Positions 39,278 to 52,005 of a DNA stretch of 64,000 nucleotides are shown in pieces. A program made the position numbers and the translations under genes. Each line of letters begins with the position of its first letter. Position 1 is the stretch's first letter. The notes under the pieces are model-generated. The model saw nothing but the letters and a program-made list of their open reading frames with translations, made no database searches and was not told where the DNA came from. Origin of the DNA: Mobula hypostoma (taxonomy: Eukaryota); assembly GCF_963921235.1 (NCBI RefSeq), contig NC_086108.1, forward strand, positions 75,084,001 through 75,148,000, given 5' to 3'.

Positions 39278-40995
39278 CACTTAGTGGCCACTTTACTAGG
39301 GACTCCTGTACACTTGCTCATTAATGCAAATATCTCACCAGCCAATCATGCGGACATGGTCAAAAGTTTCAGTTCTTGTTCATACCAAACATCTTAATAG
39401 GGAAGGAATATGATCTAAGTGATTTTGACTGTGGAATGATTGTTGGTGCCAGACCGGGTGGTTTGACTATCTCAGAAACTGTTGATTTCCTGGGATTTCC
39501 GTGCACAACAGTCTCCAGAGTTTATGGAGAATGGTGAGACAAACAAAATAAAAATAATAATTGGGGCAGGGGGAAATATGATGCTATTGGACAGAAATAT
39601 GGGAACATAAATTGGGAGCAGATGTTCTCAGGGAAATGCATGGTAGAAATGTGGCAAATGTTCAGGGAATAATCTGATTGATGAAGGTAGAGCAGTAAGG
39701 CACTTGATATGGTTCCCCATGCAAGGCTCATTCAGAAAGTATTGAGGCATGGAGGACGGTGATCAGTGGTGTTCCACAGGGATCGATTCTGGGACCCCTT
39801 CTCTTTGTGATTTTTATAAATGACCTGGATGAGGAAGTAGAGGTGTGGGTTAGTAAGTTTGCTGATGACAAAAAGTTGGTGGTGTTGTGGATAGTCTAGA
39901 AGATTGTCAGAGGTTACAACGTGACATCAATGGGATGCAGAACTGGGCTGAGAAGTGGCAGATGGAGTTCAACTCAGATAAGTGTGAAGTAGTTCATTTT
40001 GTTCGGTCAAACTTGAAGACAGAATATAATTTCAATGTTAAGGCTCTTGGCAGTGTGGAGGATCAGCGAGATCTGGGGGTCCATGTCCATAGGACACTCA
40101 AAGCTGCTGCACAGGTTGAGGGTATTGTTAAGAAGGCATATGGTGTGTTGGCCTTCATCAACCGTGGGATTGAGTTCAAGAGCCATGAAGTAATGTTACA
40201 GATAAGAGCTTAGTTAGACCCACTTGGAGTACTATGTACAGTCTGGTCATCTCACTACAGGAAGAATGTGGATGCTATAGAGAGAGTACAGAGGAGATTT
40301 ATAAGGATATTGCCTGTATTGGAGAGCATGTCTTATGGAGTAGGTTGAATGAACTTGGCCCTTTCTCCTTGGAGTGACAGAGGATGAGAAGTGACCAAGT
40401 AGAGGTGTACAAGATGATGAGGGGCATTGATCCTGTGGATAACAGTGGCTTTTTCCCAAAGCTGAAATGGCTAACATGAGGGGGCATAGTTTTAAGGTGC
40501 TTGGTAGTAGGTACAAGGGAGATGTCAGAGGTAAGTTGTTCCACAGAGAGTGGTGAATGCATAGAATGCACTGCCAGTGATGGCGGCAGAGGTGGGTAAA
40601 ATAGGATCTTTTAAGAGACTCTTAGGTAGGTACACAGTGCTTGGAAAAATAGAGGGCTATGTGGTAGGGTAATTCTAGATAGTTTCTAGAGTACATTACG
40701 TGGTTGGCTCAACGTTGTGGGTCGAAGGGCCTGTAATGTGCTGTAAAGTTTTATGTTTCTATGTATCCAGTGAGCAGCAGTTCTGTGGGTGAAAATGCCT
40801 TGTTACTGAGAGGTCAGAGGGGAATAGCCAAACTGGTTCAAGCTGACATGAAGGCAACAGTGACTGAAATAACCATGTATTACAACACTGGAGTACAGAA
40901 GAGCATCTCTGAATGCACAACATGAGAAGTGGGTGAGGTATAGCAGGTGAAGACAACACCAGGTTTCATGTCTGTACCTAATAAGGTGGCCACCG
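39278..40995 (+). mobile_element. Tc1-like non-autonomous DNA element interrupted by CR1
   Basis: TA plus TIR CACTTAGTGGCCACTTTACTAGG, opposite end CCTAATAAGGTGGCCAC; transposase N-terminal remnant (GMIVGARPGG..ISETVDFLGF). Related fragment at 55404-55600. Confidence 0.7.
39590..40762 (+). mobile_element. CR1 LINE RT and C-terminal fragment
   Basis: [22 protein letters not shown] and SKFADD motifs; ORF 39887..40213; tail TTTATGTTTCTATG. Confidence 0.92.
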
Positions 40996-41199
40996 ACACT
41001 AGGCAGACAATTATTTCACCCCAGAAATTAGCCTAGTGTACCTCTTTTGTATCATTTTTTAGGAGACAAAAACTGTACACAGTATTCCAGGTGAGCCTTC
41101 ACCAACACTCTGTACAATTGCAAATATACTGTATCTCCCTATTTTATGCCCTTTGCAATGAAAGCATAAATGCTGTTTGCCTTCTTAACTACTTACTGG

Positions 41200-41488
41200 A
41201 CTTCTCATCCTTTTTTTCCAGTCCTGATGAAGGGTCTCAGGCCGAAATATCAACCGTTTATTCATTTTCATAGGTGCCACCTGACCTGCTGAATTCCTTC
41301 AGCATTTTGTGTGTTTTGCCTTCGAATTCCAGCATATGCAGATTTTCCCTAGGAAGAGGTACAGTCGACGTTTCAGGCTGAGACCCTTCGTCAGGCCTGC
41401 TGCGTTCACCAGCAACTTTGATGTGTGTTGCTTGAATTTCCAGCATCTGCAGAATTCCTGTTATGTGCAGATTTTCTCATGTTTGTAC
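41200..41488. mobile_element. Older PLE 3' end with a younger head-to-head PLE insertion (41348-41462) inside it
   Basis: Duplicated AT(A/G)TGCAGATTTTC at 41334-41347 and 41463-41476; hammerhead core on minus 41363-41398 and decayed motif on plus 41220-41255. Confidence 0.8.
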
Positions 41489-41834
41489 TTGCTGAACCTG
41501 AATGATAACTCTTCTGTCATTCATGCATTAGAATACCTAGATCTATCTCTTCACTTCACTTGCAGTCTCCTTCCTTTCAGATAATAATCTGCCCTTTAAT
41601 TTCTCTTATGGATGGATGTGTGTGACCTCAGCCTCCCTCACATTAAGATCCACTAAGTACACTGTACTTATCTAAAGCAACACATTTATAACCTTTGTGC
41701 CACATACATCCAGATTCAATGGCTCCGGTGAAGTATGAGGCAGCATATTTCAAATACATATATCCCAGAGAGCAAAAACTGATGCTTCCAGACAAGTTCA
41801 AGGATGTACTGGTGAATGATCTCCAAACTTTTAC

Positions 41835-41897
41835 CGTTTTGATGTTCATTGGGAAGGGAATGCTTTCAAACTTCATGCGCTGTTCCCCTACATATTC
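41835..41897 (-). other. Candidate 63-nt exon of unknown transcript
   Basis: Acceptor TTTATTCTCATTCATTGCAG and donor ACG|GTAAAA; single open frame EYVGEQRMKFESIPFPMNIKT. No homolog recognised. Confidence 0.25.
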
Positions 41898-42064
41898 CTG
41901 CAATGAATGAGAATAAAGGAAGTGGTTGAATGGGGCTAAGCATTTTGATCTCTCTTCATTGTAGACAAACAAGTTATAATTATCAGACCCTACAGGATGA
42001 AGTCTGGACAATCAAAGCTAAAGAACAAATTAGAGAACTGCCAAACAACTGATCTGGAGATTCA

Positions 42065-42870
42065 CAATTCAAGATTCAAGACTGTTTATTGTCATTTTTC
42101 AGTACATGAATGTAAAGGAGAACAAAATGATTGTTACTCCAGATCCAATGCAGCACAAAAAACACAACGAGCATAAACATAATAAATATAAGTAAAAAAA
42201 GCAATGTGCAAATAACTATTGAGTGTGAGTGTACATATTTAAGTTTAGCTCATGTACATAGACTGATTGTATGTCCATAAGGTGTCGCTAGGTGCAGGAG
42301 TATGTGAACATAAGGTGACTGACAGGAAATGATAAAGTGGTTGATGTGGATGTAGTGGTGGTGAGGTGGGTTAACATGTGGAGGTGTTGATCAACCTGAG
42401 AGATTGGGGGAATGCATTTTTGAGTCTAGTGGTGCTGGCATGAGTGTTACGTGGCATCTTCCATGATGGGAGTGGGACAAACAGTCTATGAGCAGAGTTG
42501 GTGGGATCCTTCATGACATTGTTAACCTTTCTCTGGCATCTTTCTGTATATATGTTGTTGATGGTGGGTAGGCTGGTGCCAGTGATGTGTTGGGTAGTTA
42601 TAACAGCCCATTGTAGAGCCCTCCTGTCCACCGCAGTGTAGTTTTCGTACCAAAGGGTGAGGCAGCATGTTAGAATGCTCTCAGTTGCACATCTCTGAAA
42701 GGTCATGTCTTGGTGTGCTCTCTTCTACCTCCTCAGAAATTGTGTACACCAAGAGTACACCAAGCTCTCTTCTACCTCCTCAGAAATTGAGTGTTGGTGA
42801 GCTTTCTTGAAGATGTGTTCTGGGACCATGAAACATTGTACAAGATATGCACTCCTAGGAGTTTGAAATA
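42065..42870 (-). mobile_element. Rex1/Babar LINE 3' fragment
   Basis: ORF 42371..42706 (ESILTCCLTLWY..DRRALQ...LFVPLPS); (TTGAATC)n-type tail at ~42067. Confidence 0.85.
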
Positions 42871-43549
42871 GGTTCAGTAAGAAATATTTTACCATATCAC
42901 TTCACCTTTAAAATTCCAACAATAACATTTTGAACTTACTGTTATAACAATCTCCTGTTTGTTAACCTATAACATAAATTGACATCTCCTCATAGAATCC
43001 TGAAGAAGGGCATTGAGTGAAACTTCCAAATTAGTTCCATTCCCCTTGCTGCTTTTCAATCGTCTGCAACTCCTTCCCGTTTAAGTTTTTATCTGACATC
43101 AATTCGAGTGTTACATGGAATTTCTCAAGCAGTGTATCCCTAATGATAAGAATTCAAACTATAAATTATTTAATCTCATGTCACCTTCATTTCTTTATTA
43201 CCTTAAATTTGTTTTCTAGTTTCTTATTAGCTGTCAACATACTTACTGCATATTCTATTAAACCTTGTCTTCAACATCTCTGACCTAAAAATTTTCTTGT
43301 CTCACAATATAGAGAATCTCCCTTTATATTTCCCATTACCGACACTACTCTAATATCTCCCATGCATCATTTCTAAGGGTTCTTTATGATTGTTATGTAA
43401 TGTAAGTTATGTAAGTGTATCTTTAATGACTGAATACTTATATGGTATGACTTTGATATAGCATTAGGGCTGCATTTTAGTTGACTGTATTCACTAAAGG
43501 ATGTTTTGTTTGTGGCTTTACTTCAGTTACTGTATTTGCCTTAGTGAGA

Positions 43550-44170
43550 TGAGTCATAGAGGCATAGAATTGTACAGCACGGAATTGGCCCAAGTCATCC
43601 CTTCTGATCAAGATGCATTCCTGAGCTAGCCCCATTGTAATGCATTTGACCCAATCCCTCCTTTCCTGGGCATGTTCCTGCTCTGACCATCTATGCCTCT
43701 CATAATTTTGTATACTTGTCTGTCATCACTCAGCCTCCAGTACTGGAAATAAACAATCCAAGTTTGTTCAACCACTCTTTTGCTAATGCCCTTTGATCTA
43801 GGCAGCAGCTTGGGGAACCTCTTCTGCACCTTCTTCAAAGACTCCACATCCTTCTTGTAACATGCCAACCAGAAATGCACATAATACTCCAAATGTAGCC
43901 GAACCACATTTTATGTAGCTGCAACACAACGTGCAAACTTTTATGCTTAATACCCAAACTGTGAAGGCAAGTATACCGTACATCTTCCTTACCACCATAT
44001 GTCCTCGTGATGTTCCTTTCAGGGAGATATCAACTCACACTTCAAAATCCCACCTAAGGTTCCTGTCATTTACTATAACCTTTCCTTGTACATTTGACCT
44101 TCCAAAGTTCAAAGCCTCACACATGTGTGGATTAAACTCTGTCTGCCATTTCTCCACCCCTATTTCCAAT
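43550..44170 (-). mobile_element. CR1 fragment
   Basis: ORF 43626..43907 (VRLHLEYYVHFW..YKKDVESLKKVQKRF). Confidence 0.85.
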
Positions 44171-45777
44171 GGAAAAGCTCCTTTTGTAAGGAAACATTGT
44201 GCATAGTAACATAAACTTTACTGCCTACAACTGTTCAGTTTGTCTGGGAAAATCTGCAAAGTTAGTCTGTGTTACAATGGCACATATTTTGTTGACTCAC
44301 CCTGATGTGAACCTTCATTGATGGATTTTGAATCATCTGTGAAAACAACAGTGCAGTGAAGAAAAACAAAGTAATCATTTTTCATTAGGTCACTTCATTT
44401 TCTTTGTGGAAACTGGCTGACCTTAAATCTCTCTTTTAAATCAAGTTTTCAACTGAAGTAGGTCAAAGGCTATATTTTCCCATGCTGTCTCAAAAATGTA
44501 CTGACCTTGCATCTTAATATAGTGAAACAACTATGAAATAACAAGTGTAAGCTAACAAGCTGTTTGGATAGCATCAACAAAGGGGACTGGCATTTGTGAC
44601 AACTCAAGGAGTGTGCTTTGATGTAGATAGGTATCAACTTCAAGGAAACTCTATTTACAGCCTTCCCAAGGAGAATAATTATTGACTGTGTGGTCAATGT
44701 GTGTCAAATATCCCCATCCTCGTCATTCATCTCTGATTCTAAGACCCTTCATATCATTATAATCAACCGGTATTAAAGTCTCTTCAAAATGGCTATTAAA
44801 CATAAGCATTTTTCAACTTTCCTTCTTGATATAGAATACTCTAGTGCATTGATATGGTTCCCTATTTATCAGTCATTCAGTAGTCTAATTCTTCAACTAA
44901 AAATAAAGTACTTACAATGAGTGTTAAATAGGATTTAGAGAGCACTGTTGCGCTTTCTTCTGTACACAACATACAAATATTTTGGAGTTGAAGTTAGACT
45001 CTGTTGTTCTCAGTTTACACTTGCTAAATACATCCAGCGACTGTTCCAGTTGTGGGGTCTACAGTTTGTTCCATGAGCACCCAAGAGAAATGTTCAACTC
45101 ATTGGCTGTGACATTCTTTGGGCATCACCTGTGGATGTTGCAAATGCCTAAAGCCTGAAATTTGTTCTGTTCATATTAGATAGCCTGTAGAGAAGTAAGA
45201 GTTTTGGACTGAATTTCCAACACCAGAAACAGAAAACACTTCTGTGGGGGTTGTCACCACTATCTGTTTCCAGCATGCCTCTACTTATTTGAACTTGTTC
45301 CATCCCTCTTGGGTTTGTTGGATGCCTGAGCCAGAGTGGATCACAGCATCAGTTACATCAGAGCTGATGAACAATAACCTAAAACAGGGAGAGCAGGTCA
45401 AATCGGATATCAAGACATTTTATGTGTTTGCAAAAAGGAAACAACTGATGGGACCTTGCCCATCCCACTTCTCCCAAGATATTCCTCAATATTAATAGAG
45501 GAAATGTGCATGTTTTGTTGACAAGCACGCTTGTCTGAAACCAATCAATTAAAACTTTGTTGTTGCTCCTGAGAATTCCTATCTAATTTTAAAGTCCAAT
45601 TCCCCTAAATAAAACTGGATTTTCCAGGAGCTAAAATGTGCTATTACATTACAAATACCTAGATAATATCTTCAAATTTGAAAGTGGAAGAGGATTTTCT
45701 ATTACTGTATTTGTTGCTGTGTATATCACATAGTTCATTTGATCACAGTAATGTTAGAAGATAATTAAATGAAAGAC

Positions 45778-46092
45778 AGAAGAGATTCTGCAAGTGCTAT
45801 AAATCCAAAACAACACACACAAAATGCTGCAGGAACTCAACAGTTCAGACAGCATCTATGAAGGGGTATAAACAGTTGACATTTTGGGCTGAGACTCTTC
45901 ATCAGGACTGTAAAAAAAGCAGGAAGAAGCCAGATTAAGGTTGGGGAAGAAGAAGTACAAGCTGGCAGGTTGTAGGTGAAAACAAATGAGGGTGAAGGTG
46001 GTGGATGGAGGTGTGGGGGTGAGGTGAGAAGCTACGAGATGATGGGTGGAATGAGGTAAAGGGCTGAAGAAGAAGGAAACTGATAAGAGAGG
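45778..46092 (-). mobile_element. PLE 3' end with decayed hammerhead (45874-45909)
   Basis: CAACACACACAAAATGCTGCAGGAACTCA terminus and purine-rich complement of the PLE 3'UTR. Confidence 0.8.
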
Positions 46093-48725
46093 TGCTGTGT
46101 ATTTAATATTTCACTAATATTTGAGTAATCTTGTAAATATATTTATTAAACATTCTTTGTTTAAGTAATTCATTTTTATGTAAAAATATGTGGACTGCAT
46201 ATGTCATGACACTACCATGTGATGCATATGCACCACACATAAAGTAAACATGAAGTTTGACTCACATTTTGGTCTCCCGTGTCTTCCATTTACTTAGTTT
46301 AATGTTTTGAATTTACAATACATAACAGTGACGAAAGGGTATTTTTAAAATGAATATGAGACAACTATTGACCTGTTGAAGCATAGCAAGACACTTGAGT
46401 TATTTTTTAAAAAGCAGCACAGCACATGTTCTTCAGAAAGGAAGACACAATGGAGTATAAAAAATGCAGAAAACAGAAGAATTCATGGGTTCATAAACAG
46501 TGAGTACTGGATGATAATAATCATAAAAAAGAGTAGAAATGGCTGGCTTCATCAGAAAGATAGATGCCTTTGATTGTTCAATAGATAACTGGCTCATGTA
46601 TACTGAGCTAATTGAATAGTATTTTGAAGCAAATTAAATAGCTAATAAGAAATGAATGTCAATTTTGCTGAGTGCATTGGGTTTAAAAGCAAACAGTTAG
46701 CTTCAAAGTTTAACTGCTCCAACCAAAACAGTCAAAATAAGCTTTGCTGCTTTTTTGAAAGTAATACAGGAACATTTAGAACCTAAACCATTGTTGATTG
46801 CAGAACACCTTAGGTTTCATAAGTGGAATCAAAAGGAAGGGGAGTCCAGTTCAGTGTATACAGCTGAATTGGAAAGATTGTCTGAGAATTGTCAGTTCAT
46901 AGTGGGCTTAATGATGCACTGAGGGATTGTTTAGTTTGTGGAATCTTACAAGAAACCATTCAAAAATGGCTCCTAACTGAAGCACGATTCACATTTAAAA
47001 GAGCAGTTAAAATTGTTGTTTCAATGGAAACTGCAGACAGAGACACAATTGACTTGTTGTCAGGAATGAAAGTGAGTATGAGCAAAACAGCAAAGTCTAA
47101 ACAGGAACTGGCCTGGCTGAAAAATTGTTAGTGTTGTGGCAGGGGCTCACATGTACTAAACCAATATAGATTTAAAGGTGAAACTTGTAGAAAATGCAAC
47201 AAATTAAGACACTTAAAAGTATGTCGGGGAGACAAAAATAAATGGACTGTACAGAGAAGGAAAAAAGATAAAATATCAAGTTGCAGTTTCAAAAGGAACA
47301 CTAACCTGCATGCTGTTGATGAAATGTGAACTAATTATTCTGCCTTTTAGGCAATTAATTTATGTTAAATAATTTCACCTTTTATTTTAATGAGCTGTTT
47401 TAGATCCATATTAGGTCACTTTCTGTGCAGTCAAGAAGTAGAACATAGAAAAGCACATCATCTTGCAACAGGTCAGAGGTTTATGTCAGGAGCTAAAGAA
47501 GATTTATCTAAATCCATCCTGTTGATTCCTCAGCAGAAGAATGTAATTAATGTTTTATTGCTTAGAAGTTCATTTAAAGGTACCAATATGATTTTGCTGA
47601 AATAGGAAAGGTACGTTGCATCTGGAGTTTCTCCAATTTGCGGACAATTTCCCTCCACTCCTCTCTGATGTACTGGGGAACCGTGTACGAGGCAAGTTAC
47701 AGCAGTGGTTTGCCATTGCCTTCTGCCGGGTGAGTTTCCAAAGAGATCACCAGCTCATAACCCAGCACAAATGGAAAGCGTGCAGGGGAGCCAGCTGGAT
47801 TCGAACTCGAGACCTTTCGTCCCGAAGTCCAGCGCTGATGCCACTACACCACCAGCCGGGTCTTTGCTGAAATAGAATGTTATTTTTCAGCTTATTAGAC
47901 ACCAGATGCTAATGGTTTACACATACTATTTTCCTGTAGTATTTACGTGTCAGAGTCTTATAATACTTACCTGCAGGGAACTTAACTAAGTTCTGACTTA
48001 TCTATGCATATTTACTTAAGTGAATGGAACAACTTGATGATTGCATTGCATTTTGCTTTTTTTTTCCAGTTTCACTCCTTATTTATTATGTCCTTAAGAC
48101 CTTAAGATATAGGATCAGAATTAGGCCATCTGGCCCATCGAGTCTGCTCCGCCATTTAATCATGGCTGTCCTTTTTTATCTCCTCCTCAACTCCAGTTCC
48201 CGGCCATTGAGTCTGCAATAAAACCAAGGAGCTAGGATGCTATACCCTGACTCGCATGTCATTTTTGAATGATGTTTGGCTGATTGTCTAGTTGATGTTG
48301 CAACAGCTCAGCAGGGGTAGTATACTAACAATAAACAAGCAATATAACTTATGCCAGAGGTGAATGGCAAATCAATTAAAATGGAATTGACACTAAGTCA
48401 GATTTTTCAGTCATTCTACGAAATGAGTTTGAACAGCATTTCAAAGATACTAAACTGGAGCCTGCAGATATCTAATTAAGAACTTATACTGGAGAAAAGA
48501 TAACTCTTGGGGGAATGACATTCATAGCAGTGAAATACAATAATCAACAAGCCCCTTTGAGCTTGTATTGGTAAAAACAGAAGGGACCAGCATTTGGGGT
48601 CGGGGGGCATGATTGGCTGAGACAACTACAATTTAATTAGAGATCCATCTGTAATTTGCATGTCAAATCCCCTGCAATTAAGTCAACTGAAAGCAAATTA
48701 AGAAAGGTACTGTTTGATGCCACAA
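46093..48725 (+). mobile_element. Decayed Gypsy LTR retrotransposon copy B (same family as 16700-19389): LTR, gag, protease; interrupted ~47330-48320
   Basis: LTR 46093-46327 (TG...AACA) plus PBS-like GTGACGA; gag ORF 46889..47131 (LNDALRDCLVCGI..WLLTEARFTFKRAV); protease region 48325-48725 is colinear with the reverse complement of ~17690-18080. Confidence 0.88.
47606..47862 (-). mobile_element. Young tRNA-derived SINE with RTE/Bov-type body
   Basis: A box TGGTGTAGTGG, B box GAGTTCGAATCC, body AGAAGGCAATGGCAAACCAC; exact 13-bp TSD TTTGCTGAAATAG (47593-47605, 47863-47875). Confidence 0.9.
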
Positions 48726-48775
48726 CTATCTCCATGCTGTACACCATCAACTATTGCCCCATAGAGGACAAACAG

Positions 48776-48953
48776 GTATTGGTGCCAACCTCAGTGCCTC
48801 TCATTGGGAAGTATATTGGACCAAGAAAGGACCATGCTGCTCAGAGGAAACATGAGAGTGATGAAAGCAGTAGTTTAACTTCAACAGTTTTTGTAGGCAA
48901 CATATCTGAGAAAGCCTCTGATATGTTAATCAGGCAGTTACTTGCAAAATGTG
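48776..48953 (+). pseudogene. RBM25: RBM25 fragment (pre-RRM region and RRM start), probably processed
   Basis: VLVPTSVPLIGKYIGPRKDH...STVFVGNISEKASDMLIRQLLAKC versus recalled vertebrate RBM25 VLVPTVSMVGKHLGARKDH...TTVFVGNISEKASDMLIRQLLAKC. No polypyrimidine acceptor and no other RBM25 exons in the window. Confidence 0.88.
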
Positions 48954-49024
48954 AACTCACCTTTCAGACTTCTGTGTCTTTCTTTTAATTAGCTTAATGC
49001 TGTGAAATTGCAAAACCTAACTAA

Positions 49025-50185
49025 AGGAGAGAGGATCATGGGAAAGAAGAAAGGAGGAGGAGCCCCAGAGGGAAGTGAAGGGCAGGTGAGGAGAAGAGAA
49101 GAGGTAAAAGACAAGTCAAAATGGGGAATGGAGAAAGAGAGAAGGGGGAGGGGGAAGAAATTTAAAAATTCAGTCAGATATGACAGGTTACAATAAATCA
49201 TTTTATTAGTAAAAAATATGTAAAAAAAAACAATGGATTTACTGTTATTATTGACTTCCTCTCTAAATGTAAAAGTAGTAGTTACATTTTCTTTACTTGT
49301 TCCCAATGTATACCGGATTTGACAGATAATCCCTTACAAAGGAAATATATGGTGTAGTTTTAATAGGATACTCTGCCATGTGTGTCTCATGGCTTCAAAT
49401 TGATTTGAAGGAAGTAAATCTGAAGTACAACAGTTGAGGTTTAAGTTTATAAGTAAGTATATTTAGACTGGCCCTTAATGAGCAAGCATTTCTTGTTGCA
49501 ATTTTAGTATCCAAAAACCGATCAGATTTCAAAGTCCACATATTATAAAAGGGATTTCCGGAACTATACTTTCCACCTTTCTCAAATTGGATATATAATT
49601 TAGAATCCTTTATCAAATCTAAGATGATCCCATCAAAGTGCCATAGCACTGTGTGCCAGTTCTTTTAAAGTCAGGCTTTGTTAAACAATCATTAATGACC
49701 ATTTTAAGTAACACACACAAAACAGGTGAAGCCAGTTGAGTGGGAAAGGTAAAGGGCAGGAGAGGCAGAAATGTGATAGGGGAGAAGAGTGGACCATGGT
49801 AGAAATGGAAGCAAGAGAGGCACCAGGAGGAGGAGATAGGTAGGTGAGAAGAGATAATAGGCTAGAGTGGGGAATTGAGGGAGGAGGGAGGGATTTTTTT
49901 TCCGGAAAGAGAAATCGATATTTATGCCTGCAGTTGAATATAAGGTGTTGCTCCTCCACCCCATCAGTAGCCTCATTATAGCATAAAGGAGGCCATTGAC
50001 TGACATATTAGAATGGGAATGGGAATTAAAATGTCTGGCCACCAGGAAGTTTCCGCTTTTGGAAGATAGAGTGGAGGTGCTTAATGAAGTGGCCCCCCAG
50101 TTTACGACGGGTCTCACCAATGTAGAGGGGGCTGCATCAGGTGCACAAGAGACAACAGACGAACCCAGCAGATTTGCAGGTGAAG
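49025..50185 (-). mobile_element. PLE fragments (3'UTR at 49025-49160; GIY-YIG plus 3' end at 49705-50185)
   Basis: ORF 49704..50120 (FLVARHFNSHSHSNMSVNGLL); purine-rich 3'UTR complements. Confidence 0.8.
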
Positions 50186-50569
50186 TAAATATTCCACTGC
50201 CGAGTGTTCACTAACAAATTCTAGGATAAAGGTAGAGGATCAAACTTGCAGGCAAGCGGAAGAAAGATGCAAAAAATGTAGAGCAGTAATTATAGAGAAC
50301 TTCAATTATCATTGCACCCCGTAAGAAATAGAACACCATGTACAGGAAAAATTGTGAGGGGATTTCCTGAAATGTGTGGAAGAAAACATTTTGATTAGTA
50401 TGTTTCCAGGCAAATGAGGAAGGAAGCTGCACTGGATCTGTCTTTGGGAATGAGAAGTTACAAGTGGCAGAACATTTGGAAAACAGTAACCATAATACCA
50501 TTAGATTTAAGGTAGTTATGTTAAAGAGCAAAAAAATCCAAGGTAGAATACAAGGTGGACAGTCAGAAT

Positions 50570-52005
50570 CCTTTCCCCAGGCTGGAAATGTCAAATACTA
50601 GAGGACGCGCATTTAAAGTGAAAGAGGGAAAGTTCAAAGTACATTATTATCAAAGTATGTATCCCATATACAACCTTGAGATTCACGGTTTGAAGAGATA
50701 TGCGGCAAGATTTTTTTTCACAGAGTGGTAGGAGCCCTGAAGAGAATCCAGGGGTAGTACTGGAAGTAGACACAATAGTGTCATTTTAGAGGCCTTTAGA
50801 CAGCCCATGTAGTCCGAGACAAATTGTTATTCTGCCTACTCCCATCGACCTGCACCTGAACCATAACTGAAAATACCCCTCCCATCCATGTACATATCCA
50901 AATTTCACTTAATTGCTGCAATTGAACTTGTATCCATCACTTCCACTTGGAGCTCATTCCACACTTGCCCCACCCTGTTGAGTGAAGAAGTTTCCACTCA
51001 GTTTTCCCTTAAGTATTTCACCATTCATTCTTAATCTAAAACCTCTAATTCTCGTAATAGCCAACCTCAGTGGAAAAAGCCTGCTTGCATTACCCTATCT
51101 ATACTCCTAATAATTCTGTATATCTCTCTCACATCTCCCCTCATTCTTCAATGTTGCAGATCATCAGATAGAAGCGTAGGAGGATGAGAGGAAATTTGAT
51201 AGAAATGTACAAAATCATGAAGGGTGTAGATAGTCTAGATGCAAACATTCTCCTATGCTCCTAAACTATTTAACCTTTCCCTAGAACTCAGATCCTCAAG
51301 TCCCAGCAATGTCCTTGTAAATTTTATCTGTAGTCTTTCAATCTTATTGGTATCTTTCCTGTAGGTAGGTGATCAGAAATGCACACAATACTCCAAATCT
51401 GGCCTCAAGTTCAACATAATATATCAACTCATATACTCAGTTCTCTGATTTATCTAGGTCAAAGTGCCAAAAACTCTCTTTATGGACCCTTTTACCTTCT
51501 ACTTCCAAGGAATTATGGATCTCCATTCCCAAATCATTTCGTTCTACTGCATTCCTCAGTGCCCTGCTACAATCCAAACCTGGTTTGATCTCTGAAAGTG
51601 CAGAACCTCACATTTTTTCTACATTAAATTGCATCTGCCATTTTCAGCCCATTTTTCCAGCTGTTCCAGATTCCACTGCGAGGTCAGTAGGATGCACTGA
51701 GCTTCATTAATCAGAGTATTGTGTATAGGAATTGGGAAATAATATTGAAATTGTGTAAGATGTTAGTGAGGCCAAATTTGGAGTATTGTGTGCAGATCAG
51801 CACACCACTAGTCAGAGAGGCAACCAGCTACCACCACCCTCTAGCTCTGCCTTTCTCCTGAATGAATATGACACATAACACACAAATATGTTGAAATGCT
51901 GGGATATGGATCATCTGTAAGCAGAAAAGATTTTGTTTCATTTGGCATTGTGTTCAGCAGAGGCATCATGGACCAAGGGGTTCTATGCTTCACTGTTCTT
52001 TGTTC
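50570..52005. mobile_element. Mosaic of CR1 fragments in both orientations with a small Rex tail at ~50630-50685
   Basis: CR1 motifs TTTTTCACAGAGTGGT (+), GTGGAAAAAGCCTGCTTGCATT (-), GTGAGGCCAAATTTGGAGTATTG (+). Confidence 0.75.

Noticed and set aside
47785..47862. tRNA gene
   Set aside because: SINE head lacking a full cloverleaf, fused to an RTE-type body and flanked by a TSD.
48776..48953. Functional RBM25 gene in this window
   Set aside because: No other RBM25 exons seen, no proper acceptor, and similarity stops abruptly after KC.
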